Positions 27,316 to 36,256 of a stretch of DNA of 64,000 nt are shown in pieces. A program made the position numbers and the translations under genes. Positions within the stretch are counted from its first letter, which is position 1, and every line of letters begins with the position of its first letter. Under the pieces are notes generated by a model. It saw nothing but the letters and a program-made list of their open reading frames with translations. It had not been told where the DNA came from and made no database searches. The stretch comes from Thermoanaerobaculia bacterium (GTDB lineage Bacteria; Acidobacteriota; Thermoanaerobaculia; Multivoradales; Multivoraceae). The stretch spans positions 4,416,001 to 4,480,000 of the forward strand of contig OY762911.1 of the NCBI GenBank assembly GCA_963666565.1, read 5' to 3'.

Positions 27316-29853
27316 TTGGTCGCGGCAACGCTGCTCGCCGTCGCCGCGACGCCAGCCGAAGCCCAGGGCAGCCGCCGGCCGCAGGCGCGGCTGACGGACT
27401 TCCACGAGCGCTGGCTCGCCGAAGCCGAACCGCTGCTCACCGCCGGCGAGCAAGGGGCCTTCGAGCAACTCGAAGGCCCGGGCGCGCGCGAGCGCTTCGT
27501 CCGCGCCTTCTGGGAGGCGCGCCCGGAACGCCTGCTGGAACGCTGGCGGGAGAACCGCGAAGCCCGCGACCAGCTCCGCGAACGCTCGCCGGCGATGGAG
27601 CGCGCCGTGCTCCTGGCCGGCAAGCCGACCGACCGCCAGACGGTCGAACCCTGCGAGTCGGAACTCCGGCGGATCGAGATCTGGACCTACGACGGCTGGC
27701 GGCTCGAGCGCCAGCTAGGGCAATCGCCGCCCCCGGGCGAAGACGAGATCGTCCTCGCGTTCGTCCAGCAGGTGAACTTCGACCCGCGGTCCATGCGGCT
27801 GTGGTCGCCGGCCTCCGGCGTCGATCTGACCTTCGAGCGCGAGCCGCCGGACGGCGCGGGCGAGGACCCCGGGACACCGCCCTCCGGCGCGCTCCGGGTG
27901 CTGGATCGGGCGGAACGGCGGCGCTGCCTGACGCCGACCGAGCGGCGCCGCCTGGAGCGACGGCTGGGCCGCGCCGTCGGCTGGCGGGAGTTCATCGACC
28001 GCCTGGGCTGGGCCGGCAGCGCACCCGAGGGCGGGACTCCCGCAGCCGGCTGGCTCGAGCGCTTCCTTCGCGTCGAGGCCGTCCTCGACCCGGACGCGAT
28101 GGTCCCGCCGGGCGTCACGCTCGAGTTCGAGGCCCTGGGCGCCGAGAACCGGCGCACGGCGATGCGCGGGCGGCTGCGGTTGCCGCCCGAGCAGTTGGCG
28201 CCCCTCGGCGCCGGCCAGATCCTCGACCGGGTGACGATCACGGGCGACGTCTTCCTCGGCGACCGGCTGGCCGACGCCTTCGTCGTCACCCATCACGTGA
28301 GCGGCGGCGCCCCGGTCCAGGAATCCGCCTCCGGCGCCCCCGGCATCGCGCTCGACTTCTACCGGCGCCTGCCGGCCGGCGCCTACCGGCTGGAGATCCG
28401 GGCCGAGGACCACCTGGGCCGCGGGCTCCTCTGGGCCAGCCGGACGCTCGACGTTCCGGCGCTCGATACGCCGCCGGGGATCCCCGGCCTCGGCCTCCTG
28501 AGCCGCCGCGAGACGATCGCGCTCAACCGGCTGCCGAGCGTCGAACTGCTGGCGCCCGCGGGCCGCGTCCTCGGTTCCACCTTCACCGCGCGGGTCGTCG
28601 CCAGCCCGGACATCGACCGGGTCGACTTCCTGCGAGACGGCGAGACGGTCGCCACCGCCGGCGCCCCGCCCTTCGTGCGGAACCTCGATCTGCCGGCACG
28701 GCGCCACCGGGTCGAAGTGCGGGGACGCGACGCCGCGGGAGCGCTCCTGGCGCGGCACGCGCTGGAGGTCGAGCGGGAGGAACATCCGTTCTCCGTCGCG
28801 CTGGAGCGACCGGATCCGGCGCTCATCGAGCAGGCGCTCGACCTGTCCGTGAACGTCGACCTCCCGTCCGGACGGGAACTCGACCGCGTCGACTGCTTCC
28901 TGGGCGCCGGACTTCTCGAGACGATGACGGCGCCGCCGTTCCTTTGCCGGGTTCCGGCCGGAGCGCGCCTGCCGTTGAGCTTCGTCCGGGCCGCCGCCAC
29001 GCTTCGTTCGGGCGAACAGGTCGAGGATCTCGCCTTCCTCGGCGCCGGAGCGCCGGACGAAATCGAGGTGCGCCTCGTCGACCTGCTGGTCTCCGTCGGC
29101 GGCCGGCAGACGGGTCCCGCGGCGGACCTGGACGCGGCCGACTTCCGCGTACTGCACCGGGGCGTCGAGGCGCCGGTCCGCGATTTCCGGCGCCTCGCCG
29201 ACCGGCCGCTGACCGTGGCGCTGCTGATGGACGTCTCCAGTTCGATGGGCCGCGGCGTCCGCGTCGCCGCGACCAGCGCGCAGCGGTTCTTCGAGGGCGT
29301 CCTGACCGAGCGCGACGCCGCCAGCCTGATCGTCTTCAACCACGACCTCGACCGCCTGGCGCCGTTCTCGGGCGACACGCACCTGCTCCGCTACGCCGCC
29401 GAGGGGCTGCGCGCCTGGGGCTCGACCCGGCTCTACGACGGAATCGCCTACGCCGTCTCCTCGTTCGCGGGCCGCCCGGACCGGCGCGCCCTGGTCGTGC
29501 TCAGCGACGGTGCCGACACGGACAGCAATCTCGACTTCGAGTCCGTGCTGGCGCAGGCGGAGCGGGCCGGGGTCGTCGTGTACCCGATCGCGCTGCGCGT
29601 CCACGACCCGGCAACGACGGAGGCGCTCCGGCGCCTCGCGGAGAACACTGGAGGCGGCTACCGCGAGGCCGCTTCGGTCGGCGACCTGGACCGCGTCTAT
29701 CGCGAGATCGAGAGCGCGCTCCGCTCCCAGTACCTGATCGCCTTCGAACCGCCGGCCGGGGTCGAGGCGAGCGGCGACGGGCTGCGGGACATTCGGGTGG
29801 AAGTGCTGCAAGCGGGGCTGACGGTGACGGGGGTGAGGAGCCGAGGGCGGTAG
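27316..29853 (+). CDS. GWxTD-like + Ig-like + VWA domain protein (acidobacterial type); start uncertain
   Basis: LLTAGE..RERFVRAFW, EIWTY; C-terminal LLMDVSSSM, TRLYDGI, VLSDGADT, LRSQYLIAF. Confidence 0.75.
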   Translation: MVAATLLAVAATPAEAQGSRRPQARLTDFHERWLAEAEPLLTAGEQGAFEQLEGPGARERFVRAFWEARPERLLERWRENREARDQLRERSPAMERAVLLAGKPTDRQTVEPCESELRRIEIWTYDGWRLERQLGQSPPPGEDEIVLAFVQQVNFDPRSMRLWSPASGVDLTFEREPPDGAGEDPGTPPSGALRVLDRAERRRCLTPTERRRLERRLGRAVGWREFIDRLGWAGSAPEGGTPAAGWLERFLRVEAVLDPDAMVPPGVTLEFEALGAENRRTAMRGRLRLPPEQLAPLGAGQILDRVTITGDVFLGDRLADAFVVTHHVSGGAPVQESASGAPGIALDFYRRLPAGAYRLEIRAEDHLGRGLLWASRTLDVPALDTPPGIPGLGLLSRRETIALNRLPSVELLAPAGRVLGSTFTARVVASPDIDRVDFLRDGETVATAGAPPFVRNLDLPARRHRVEVRGRDAAGALLARHALEVEREEHPFSVALERPDPALIEQALDLSVNVDLPSGRELDRVDCFLGAGLLETMTAPPFLCRVPAGARLPLSFVRAAATLRSGEQVEDLAFLGAGAPDEIEVRLVDLLVSVGGRQTGPAADLDAADFRVLHRGVEAPVRDFRRLADRPLTVALLMDVSSSMGRGVRVAATSAQRFFEGVLTERDAASLIVFNHDLDRLAPFSGDTHLLRYAAEGLRAWGSTRLYDGIAYAVSSFAGRPDRRALVVLSDGADTDSNLDFESVLAQAERAGVVVYPIALRVHDPATTEALRRLAENTGGGYREAASVGDLDRVYREIESALRSQYLIAFEPPAGVEASGDGLRDIRVEVLQAGLTVTGVRSRGR

Positions 29854-29856
29854 GAA

Positions 29857-29911
29857 CGCCTCGCCGGACGCCGCCTGCGGCGGCAGCGGGTCAGAGGACC
29901 CGCGCACCCAG
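29857..29911 (-). repeat. REP-like element (intergenic)
   Basis: GCCGCCTGCGGCGGC-A-GCGGGTCAGAGGACCCGC-GCACCCAG. Confidence 0.9.
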
Positions 29912-29952
29912 CGGGTGACGGCCGTTCCGGTGGGGCCGCGTAGACTGCCGGC

Positions 29953-31239
29953 ATGAGGGGGGCGCGGCGGGCGATGGGGGCGATCGAGCGCGCCCTGATC
30001 CGGCCGTGCCGGGAGGCCGAGGGCGACGCGGGGTTCTGGCTCTTCGTGAGCCACCTCGTCACCACGTTCGGCATCGCGCTGTCGAACTTCCTCCTCTTCT
30101 TCACGCTCATCCGGGCCGCCGTCCGGCGACGGCGGCTCCACTTCGCCGCCGGCGACGAGGACCGACGGCGGCGGCGGCAGCTTCTGCTCCCGCTGGCCGT
30201 CTACGCAGGCTGCTTCGTGCTCTCGGCGGTCTTTTCCTACGATCCGGCGACCAGTCTCCAGGAGCTCTCCACGCTCTACGCCGTGCTGACCCTGCCGCTG
30301 GCGCTCCTGCTCGTGCGCGGCGAACGCCAGGTGCGGGTCGCGATCGTCGCCCTCGTCGGGATCTCGGCGGTGCTCGCCGTCTACGGCCTGGCCCAGTTCG
30401 CCTTCACCGACTACGGCCCGCTCCACCAGCGGATCCCCGGGCCGTTCTCGCACTACATGACGTTCTCCGGCGTCCTCCTGCTCGGTCTCGCCCTGATCGC
30501 CGGCCGCCTGAGCCGGACCGGCGGCTGGCGCTCGCGGGTCGACTGGGTCGGTCTGGCCCTCGTGGGCGGCGCGCTCGTCCTGACCCTGACCCGCAGCGCC
30601 TGGCTCGGCGCCTTCGCCCTCGCGGTCGCGGCGATGGCCCTGCAGCGCCGGCGCGTCTTCCTGGGGTTCGCCGCCGCGCTCGTGCTGGCGGCCGTTTCGT
30701 TCGCCGCCGTGGCGCCGACCCTCTGGCCGACCTACTGGCAGCGGGCGATCTCGACGGTGGACGTCCGCAATCCCTCGAACTACGACCGGCTGTGCATGCT
30801 GTGGGCCGGCGGCCAGATGATCGCCGACCGGCCACTCACCGGCATCGGCCCGGCGATGGTCCGCGAGTGGTATCCGGCCTACCGCCATCCCACGTCCGTC
30901 AGGGCGCGGGTGAAGCACCTGCACAACACCTTCGTCCACATGGCGGCGAGCCGCGGCATCCCGTCCCTCCTCAGCTACCTGTGGCTGATGGGCGCCGCGG
31001 CGGCGATGGCGTACGCGGGCTATCGCCGCGAGGGCGGCCGGGCCGGGCCGCGCGCCGACCTCTATCTCGGCGTCCTCTTCGCCCTGCTGGCGCTCAACGT
31101 CGCCGGCCTCTTCGAAGCGAACTGGCGCGACACGGAGATTCAGCGGTGGGTCCTGTTCCTGCTGGCCCTGCCGGTTATCCTCCGCGCCCCAGACCACCAG
31201 CCCGGAGTTTCGCCATGCACCTCGACCGCCTCAGCCTGA
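29953..31239 (+). CDS. O-antigen ligase family membrane protein
   Basis: Multi-TM; TLTRSAWLG, R..W..G.MI.DRPLTGIG, HLHNTFVH. Confidence 0.85.
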   Translation: MRGARRAMGAIERALIRPCREAEGDAGFWLFVSHLVTTFGIALSNFLLFFTLIRAAVRRRRLHFAAGDEDRRRRRQLLLPLAVYAGCFVLSAVFSYDPATSLQELSTLYAVLTLPLALLLVRGERQVRVAIVALVGISAVLAVYGLAQFAFTDYGPLHQRIPGPFSHYMTFSGVLLLGLALIAGRLSRTGGWRSRVDWVGLALVGGALVLTLTRSAWLGAFALAVAAMALQRRRVFLGFAAALVLAAVSFAAVAPTLWPTYWQRAISTVDVRNPSNYDRLCMLWAGGQMIADRPLTGIGPAMVREWYPAYRHPTSVRARVKHLHNTFVHMAASRGIPSLLSYLWLMGAAAAMAYAGYRREGGRAGPRADLYLGVLFALLALNVAGLFEANWRDTEIQRWVLFLLALPVILRAPDHQPGVSPCTSTASA

Positions 31240-32633
31240 TCGAGCTTCTCGACCTTCTGTCAGCCCGCGAACTCTCCTGCGTGGAGCTGATGAACGCGAC
31301 GCTCGATCGCATCGAGGCGACGCACCCGAAGCTCAACGCCGTCGTCAGCCAGCGGCCGCGCGAAGAACTGCTGGCCGACGCCGAAGCGGCCGACGCGCGG
31401 CGCGCCGCCGGCGAGGCCCGGCCGCTCGAGGGCGTGCCCCTCGGCGTCAAGGACCTCGAGGACGTGGCCGGCATGGTGACGTCGATGGGTTCGCGGGTGT
31501 TCCGGGACCAGGTCGCCGAGGCCGACTCGACCCAGGTGGCGCGGCTGCGGGCCGCCGGCGCGATCGTCGCCGGCAAGACGAACACGCCGGAGTTCGGGTT
31601 CACCGCGATCACCAAGAACCCGCTGTTCGGCGTCACGCGCTCGCCCTGGAACCCGGAGCGCACGCCAGGCGGATCGAGCGGCGGTTCCTCCGCCGTGCTG
31701 GCGGGCGGCGTGCTGCCCCTCGTGACCTCCTCGGACGGCGGCGGCTCGATCCGGATTCCCGCCAGCTTCACCGGCGCCTTCGGCCTGAAGCCGAGCCAGG
31801 GCCGGATACCGCGCGGGCCGATGAACGCCTGGGACTACGGCAGCACCTCGGTCTACGGTCCCCTCACTCGCACCGTGGAGGACGCCGCCCTGTTCCTCGA
31901 CCTGACGGCCGGTCCGTCGCCCTGCGATCCGGGTTCGCTGCCCCATCCCGGCCTGAGCTACCGCGACGCGCTGGAATCGGCGCTTCCGTCGTCCGTCCGC
32001 ATCGCCTGGTCGCCGGACCTCGGCTACGCGAGGGTGCAGTCCGACGTCGCCCGGGTGACGGCGGACGCGGCGGCCGCGTTCGACCGGGCCGGCCACGCGG
32101 TCGAACCGCTCGAGGAGCAGGTGCCGGGCGGCCCGCCGATGCTCACGGCGGCCTGGGGCAAGCTGGGCAACTTCCTGATCGCCGGCCAGATCCACGAACC
32201 GCTGCGGAAGCGGCGGCAGGACATGACCCACTCGTTTGCGGAGGCGCTGGAACGCTCCTGGGAGATGACGCCCGAGACCTTCGGCGCCGCGGCCCGCGAG
32301 CGCGGCCGGCTGAACCGCTGGTGCGGCGAGGTCTTCGACCGCTTCGACCTGCTGCTGACGCCGACCGTGCCCTACGATCCGCCGCCCGCGCGCGGCCCCT
32401 TCCCCACCCACACCGAGGGCCGGGAGCAGGTGCCGGCCGGGGTCGCGGCGTTCACGATTCCGTTCAACATGTCGGGCCACCCGGCGGCAACGGTGCGCGC
32501 CGCGATGTCGGACGCCGGCCTGCCCGTCGGCCTGCAGATCGTGGGTCCGCGCCACCGGGACGATCTCGTGCTGCGTGCCGCGCGGCTGTTCGAGCGCGCC
32601 CGGCCCTGGCACCCGAACTGGCCGAAGGTCTGA
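31215..32633 (+). CDS. amidase (amidase-signature family)
   Basis: GVPLGVKD, GKTNTPEFG, PGGSSGGS, SDGGGSIRIPAS, GLPVGLQ. Confidence 0.93.
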   Translation: MHLDRLSLIELLDLLSARELSCVELMNATLDRIEATHPKLNAVVSQRPREELLADAEAADARRAAGEARPLEGVPLGVKDLEDVAGMVTSMGSRVFRDQVAEADSTQVARLRAAGAIVAGKTNTPEFGFTAITKNPLFGVTRSPWNPERTPGGSSGGSSAVLAGGVLPLVTSSDGGGSIRIPASFTGAFGLKPSQGRIPRGPMNAWDYGSTSVYGPLTRTVEDAALFLDLTAGPSPCDPGSLPHPGLSYRDALESALPSSVRIAWSPDLGYARVQSDVARVTADAAAAFDRAGHAVEPLEEQVPGGPPMLTAAWGKLGNFLIAGQIHEPLRKRRQDMTHSFAEALERSWEMTPETFGAAARERGRLNRWCGEVFDRFDLLLTPTVPYDPPPARGPFPTHTEGREQVPAGVAAFTIPFNMSGHPAATVRAAMSDAGLPVGLQIVGPRHRDDLVLRAARLFERARPWHPNWPKV

Positions 32634-32638
32634 GCGCG

Positions 32639-32816
32639 GCCGTCGGAGAGGCGTGAAGGGGTCGTCCCCAGCTGCCGCTCGCGCTCTCTGAGCGAAGGGG
32701 AGGCTGGCGCTCGCTCCACTCCACTCGCTCCGGTTCGGTAGCGGTTGCTGGACGGGCATCGGAAGTCGCTCGTTTCGAGTCACCTGGGGACGACCCCTTC
32801 GCGCCCCTCCGACGGC
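32639..32816 (-). repeat. long-stem element copy E3 (178 nt, inverted orientation)
   Basis: Arms 32639-32674 and 32781-32816; reverse-complemented interior matches E4 (AACGAGCGACT, AACCGGAGCGAGTG) and E2 (AGCGAGCGCC..CCCCTTC..AGAGCGCGAGCG). Confidence 0.9.
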
Positions 32817-32852
32817 TGGTGCTCTGGACGCCGCCACGGGACCTTCCTCTCA

Positions 32853-33992
32853 TCAGGGAATCACGGTCACCTTGACCGCCCCGGAACGCTTGTCGCCCGC
32901 GATCTCGAAGGCGCGCTCGATCTCTTCCAACGGCGCCTGGTGGGTGAGCAGACCTTCGTAGGCGGCGCCTCCCGCGGACAGGATTCGCACCGCCTCGGCG
33001 AAGTCCTCCGCGCCTGGACGCCGCGCGTAGCAGTTCGACCACTGAAGCCGCGCCTCCTTGCCCAGGAGCAGCAGTGGATCGAGGGTCAGCGCGCGCAGGA
33101 AGACCCCCAGAACGCAGACCGTGCCGCCGGGCCCCAGCGCGGCGACGGCCGCGGTCATCGTGTCCGCCGTACCGCCGACCGTCTCGACCACCAGGTCGGC
33201 GTCGAAGCCGTCGAGGTCGCCGTCCTCCGCCGCGTCGATTACCTCGTCGGCGCCGAGCCGCCCGGCCAGACGCGCCTGGTGCGGATGACGGGCCGTGACG
33301 GCGACGTGCCCCAGGCCCCAGGCGCGGGCGACCGCGACGACCGCCAAGCCGATCGTACCGGCGCCGAGAACCAGCAGCCGGGCGGCCCGCTTCGGCCGTT
33401 CCGGCCGTTCCGCACCGGCTGCTGACGGTATCGACCTGTTCCCGTCCCCGTCGGGGGCGGGGCTGAACATCCCCGCGCTCCCAGGCGTGAATGCGGACAA
33501 GGCGGGCGCCGTTCCGGGCGCGGCCGACAACCGGAGCCCATGGATCGCTACCGCGAAAGGCTCGGCGAGGGCGGCCAGAGGCGGCGACAGCGTGCCCGGC
33601 GCCCGGTAGAGCCGCCGCGCCGGCACGACCACCGCGTCGGCGAAGCCGCCGGGCCGCCTCAGGCCGTAGAGTTCAAGTTCCCGGCAGATCGAATCGCGGC
33701 CCCTACGGCACGGATCGCAGTCGCCGCACGAAGCGAGCGGCTCGACGACCACCGGCTCGCCGGCGGCGAACCCTTCGACGCCCGGACCCAGCTCGTCGAC
33801 CGTGCCGGCCATCTCGTGGCCCATGATCGAACCCGGCTCGACAATCGGCTTCGGACTGTGGACCATGTGCAGGTCCGTGCCGCACACGCCGCAGGCAGTG
33901 ACGCGAAGCCGGACCTCGCCGGGCCCGGGCGCCGGCAACGGACGCTCGGCCAGGGCGACCTGACCGGGTCCGCTATAGACGCCCGCTCGCAT
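32853..33992 (-). CDS. Zn-dependent alcohol dehydrogenase (MDR) with an internal low-complexity insertion
   Basis: CGVCGTD, GHEMAG, CxxCxxC..C, GAGTIG. Confidence 0.9.
   Translation of the reverse strand: MRAGVYSGPGQVALAERPLPAPGPGEVRLRVTACGVCGTDLHMVHSPKPIVEPGSIMGHEMAGTVDELGPGVEGFAAGEPVVVEPLASCGDCDPCRRGRDSICRELELYGLRRPGGFADAVVVPARRLYRAPGTLSPPLAALAEPFAVAIHGLRLSAAPGTAPALSAFTPGSAGMFSPAPDGDGNRSIPSAAGAERPERPKRAARLLVLGAGTIGLAVVAVARAWGLGHVAVTARHPHQARLAGRLGADEVIDAAEDGDLDGFDADLVVETVGGTADTMTAAVAALGPGGTVCVLGVFLRALTLDPLLLLGKEARLQWSNCYARRPGAEDFAEAVRILSAGGAAYEGLLTHQAPLEEIERAFEIAGDKRSGAVKVTVIP
33446..33484 (-). repeat. GGAG-type REP-like double hairpin inside the ADH insertion
   Basis: Minus strand CTGGGAGC-GCGGGG-ATGTTCAG-CCCCGC-CCCCGACGGGG; same architecture as the GGTG family. 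Confidence 0.55.
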
Positions 33993-34058
33993 CGCACGGA
34001 GCCTAACAACGGACTGTCAGACCGGAGTCCGCCTGACCCGCACCTTCACCGACCTCCA

Positions 34059-34235
34059 GCCCAGTCGGGTCAGGAGGGGTCGGCGCCCAGGTGCCTCTGA
34101 ACGAGCGACTGCCCGCGACATTGCATCCACCGACGTCCAACCGGAGCGAGTGAAGCGGAGCAAGCGCAACCCTGCCCATCTCCTCTCGAGCGCGCGCGTC
34201 ACCTGGGCGCCGACCCCTCCTGACCCAAGACGGGC
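34059..34235 (+). repeat. long-stem element copy E4 (177 nt)
   Basis: Arms 34059-34093 and 34200-34235; preceded by TCCA and followed by GGGT like E1 and E2. Confidence 0.9.
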
Positions 34236-34261
34236 GGGTGCGTCCGACGCAGCGACGACTC

Positions 34262-35203
34262 CTAGAAGCCGGGCAGCGTCTCGCAGTCCACGGCGGCGCC
34301 GTTCACGGTGCAGGCGCAGTCGCCGCCGTCTTCGCAGTCGACCGTGACGTCGCACTCGCCGGAGTCGCCGCAGGCGGAGGCCGCGAAGTCGAAGGAGTGC
34401 GCGTTGCCGACATCGACCGTGCAGTCCTCGCCGTCATCGCAGGCGACCTTGACCTCGATCACGCGGGCTTCGTGTTCGCCGGCCTGGGCGCTCCCTGCGG
34501 CGGCGCTCGACACCTCGACGCGCCGCTCCCGCTCCTCCAGGGTGGCGTCGATCTTCTCCATCCGGCCGTCGCGCCAAACCTCGAGCACCACGGTGTCGCC
34601 GTCCTCGTGGCCGCCGATGGCCCGCGCGAGCGCCGACGAGGAGGCCACGGGCTCGCCGTCGACCGCCGTGACGATGTCGCCAACCTGCAGGCCGGCACGC
34701 AGTGCCGGGCTGCCGTCCACGACCTTGCCGACCATGACGCCGGCGTCCTCGGGCACGCCGAAGTGGGTGCGCAGTTCCGGCGTCAGCTCGGAGAGCTGCA
34801 CGCCGAGGAAGGCGCCGCCGCCGTGCCGCAGGTGCAGCCGCTCACCGCCGTCGCCGAGCCGCTGCATGACCCGGTGCAGACGGCGCCGGACCAGTTCGCC
34901 GGCTTCGCCGTCGCCCTCGTGGTCCTCGATCACGACCACGTCGTGGCCGTCCGCCTTGAGGATCCGGACGTTCTCCTCGGCGACCCATTCGTGGTCGTCG
35001 CCGTGGAGCACATGGACATTGCCGTCGTCGCCGACGAAGACGAACCGGTTCAGCCGCTCCTCGCAGTCCTCGCCGTCCGCGCACTCGACGACCTTCTTCA
35101 CCTGGATCTTGCGAACCTTCTTCTCCTCGCCGTCGCCGGCAACGGCCGGCGCCACGACCGCCAGCGCCAGGGCGACGGCCAACCAGAACTTCACTCTCGA
35201 CAT
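34262..35203 (-). CDS. secreted PDZ domain protein with Cys/acidic-rich C-terminus
   Basis: SD GAGGAG; signal peptide; AFLGVQL..SPALRAGLQVGDIV..VWRDG. Confidence 0.8.
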   Translation of the reverse strand: MSRVKFWLAVALALAVVAPAVAGDGEEKKVRKIQVKKVVECADGEDCEERLNRFVFVGDDGNVHVLHGDDHEWVAEENVRILKADGHDVVVIEDHEGDGEAGELVRRRLHRVMQRLGDGGERLHLRHGGGAFLGVQLSELTPELRTHFGVPEDAGVMVGKVVDGSPALRAGLQVGDIVTAVDGEPVASSSALARAIGGHEDGDTVVLEVWRDGRMEKIDATLEERERRVEVSSAAAGSAQAGEHEARVIEVKVACDDGEDCTVDVGNAHSFDFAASACGDSGECDVTVDCEDGGDCACTVNGAAVDCETLPGF

Positions 35204-35300
35204 GGTTCGACTCCTCATGGTCTCTTCGTTCGTTGCTCGTGCAAGTCTAACGAGTCTTCCGCCCAGACCGACGAGCATCCGGGGCCGCGGACGCCCCACA

Positions 35301-35344
35301 CCGGGTGCGCCGGCGTCCTCGCCGGCAGCCGCCGCAGGCGGCCG
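35301..35344 (+). repeat. REP-like element variant with compensatory stem changes
   Basis: GGTG-C-GCCGGCG-TCCT-CGCCGGC-A-GCCGCC-GCA-GGCGGC. Confidence 0.8.
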
Positions 35345-35421
35345 GGGCGCAGCCGCTGCATGAAGAACGCTTGCGGCCCCTCGTTCGTTCCCGCCGTTCG
35401 GGCCAGACCGCGCCGCGCGGC

Positions 35422-36195
35422 TCAGGAATCCTCCATCGACGCCCGCACCGTCCGCAGGTCCTGGAGCGCCGCCTTGGCCATCGAGCCGCCGTCGCGCGCC
35501 ACCTCGACGAACCGGAATCCCTGCCGGATCCGCTTCGGCGCCTCCTTGACCGTGCCGGCGACCCCGGCGAACAGCCCGTGGCGTCTGCAACCGTCGAGAA
35601 TCTTCTCGATCGCCGCGGTGAACTTCTCGTCCTCCTGGTCCGCCGCCGGCTTGAGCCCCAGCGACACGCTGAGATCGCTCGGGCCGACGTAGACGCCGTC
35701 GAGGCCGGGCACCGAGAGGATGTCGTCCAGGTTGTCCAGCGCCTGCTGCGTCTCGATCATCGGGATGCAGTAGATCTGCTCGTTCGCCTCCTCCAGGTAG
35801 TTGCCGCCGTAGAGAAGGCCCGCCCGGAACGGTCCGAAGCTGCGCTTGCCGCGCGGCGGGTACCGGCAGGCGGCCGCGGCGGCTTCCGCCTCCGCGCGGC
35901 TGTTCACCATCGGGATGATGATCCCGTGGGCGCCGGCGTCGAGCATCTTGCCGATGATCCCGGGCTCGTTCCACGGCACCCGGACGATCGGCGTCGTGTC
36001 CGAGGCGGTCATGGCCTGCAGCATCTCGGTCGCTCGCTGGTAGTCGACCAGGCCGTGCTGCATGTCGATCGTCGCCCAGTCGAAGCCGAGCCGCGACATC
36101 AGTTCGGCGCTGTGCGTGTCCGGGAACGCGAGCCAGGCGCCGAGGACCGGCTCTCCGTTGTCGATCTTGTCGCGCAGGCGGTTCTTCATCGGCAT
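35422..36195 (-). CDS. HpcH/HpaI aldolase family protein
   Basis: GFDWATIDMQHG, LDAGAHGIIIPMV, YPPRGKRS, MIET, VGPSDL. Confidence 0.92.
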   Translation of the reverse strand: MPMKNRLRDKIDNGEPVLGAWLAFPDTHSAELMSRLGFDWATIDMQHGLVDYQRATEMLQAMTASDTTPIVRVPWNEPGIIGKMLDAGAHGIIIPMVNSRAEAEAAAAACRYPPRGKRSFGPFRAGLLYGGNYLEEANEQIYCIPMIETQQALDNLDDILSVPGLDGVYVGPSDLSVSLGLKPAADQEDEKFTAAIEKILDGCRRHGLFAGVAGTVKEAPKRIRQGFRFVEVARDGGSMAKAALQDLRTVRASMEDS

Positions 36196-36256
36196 GGCCC
36201 GGGTCCCTCCTTCAACTCCGCGGGAAGCGTGGCGGCGGAGCCTAGCAGCCACCCGC

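Noticed and set aside
33993-34010. Integron attC/attI core GTTAGGC before the ADH start
   Set aside because: No matching inverse core or integrase was found; it is better explained as an extended -10 (TGtTAGGCT) of a leaderless gene.
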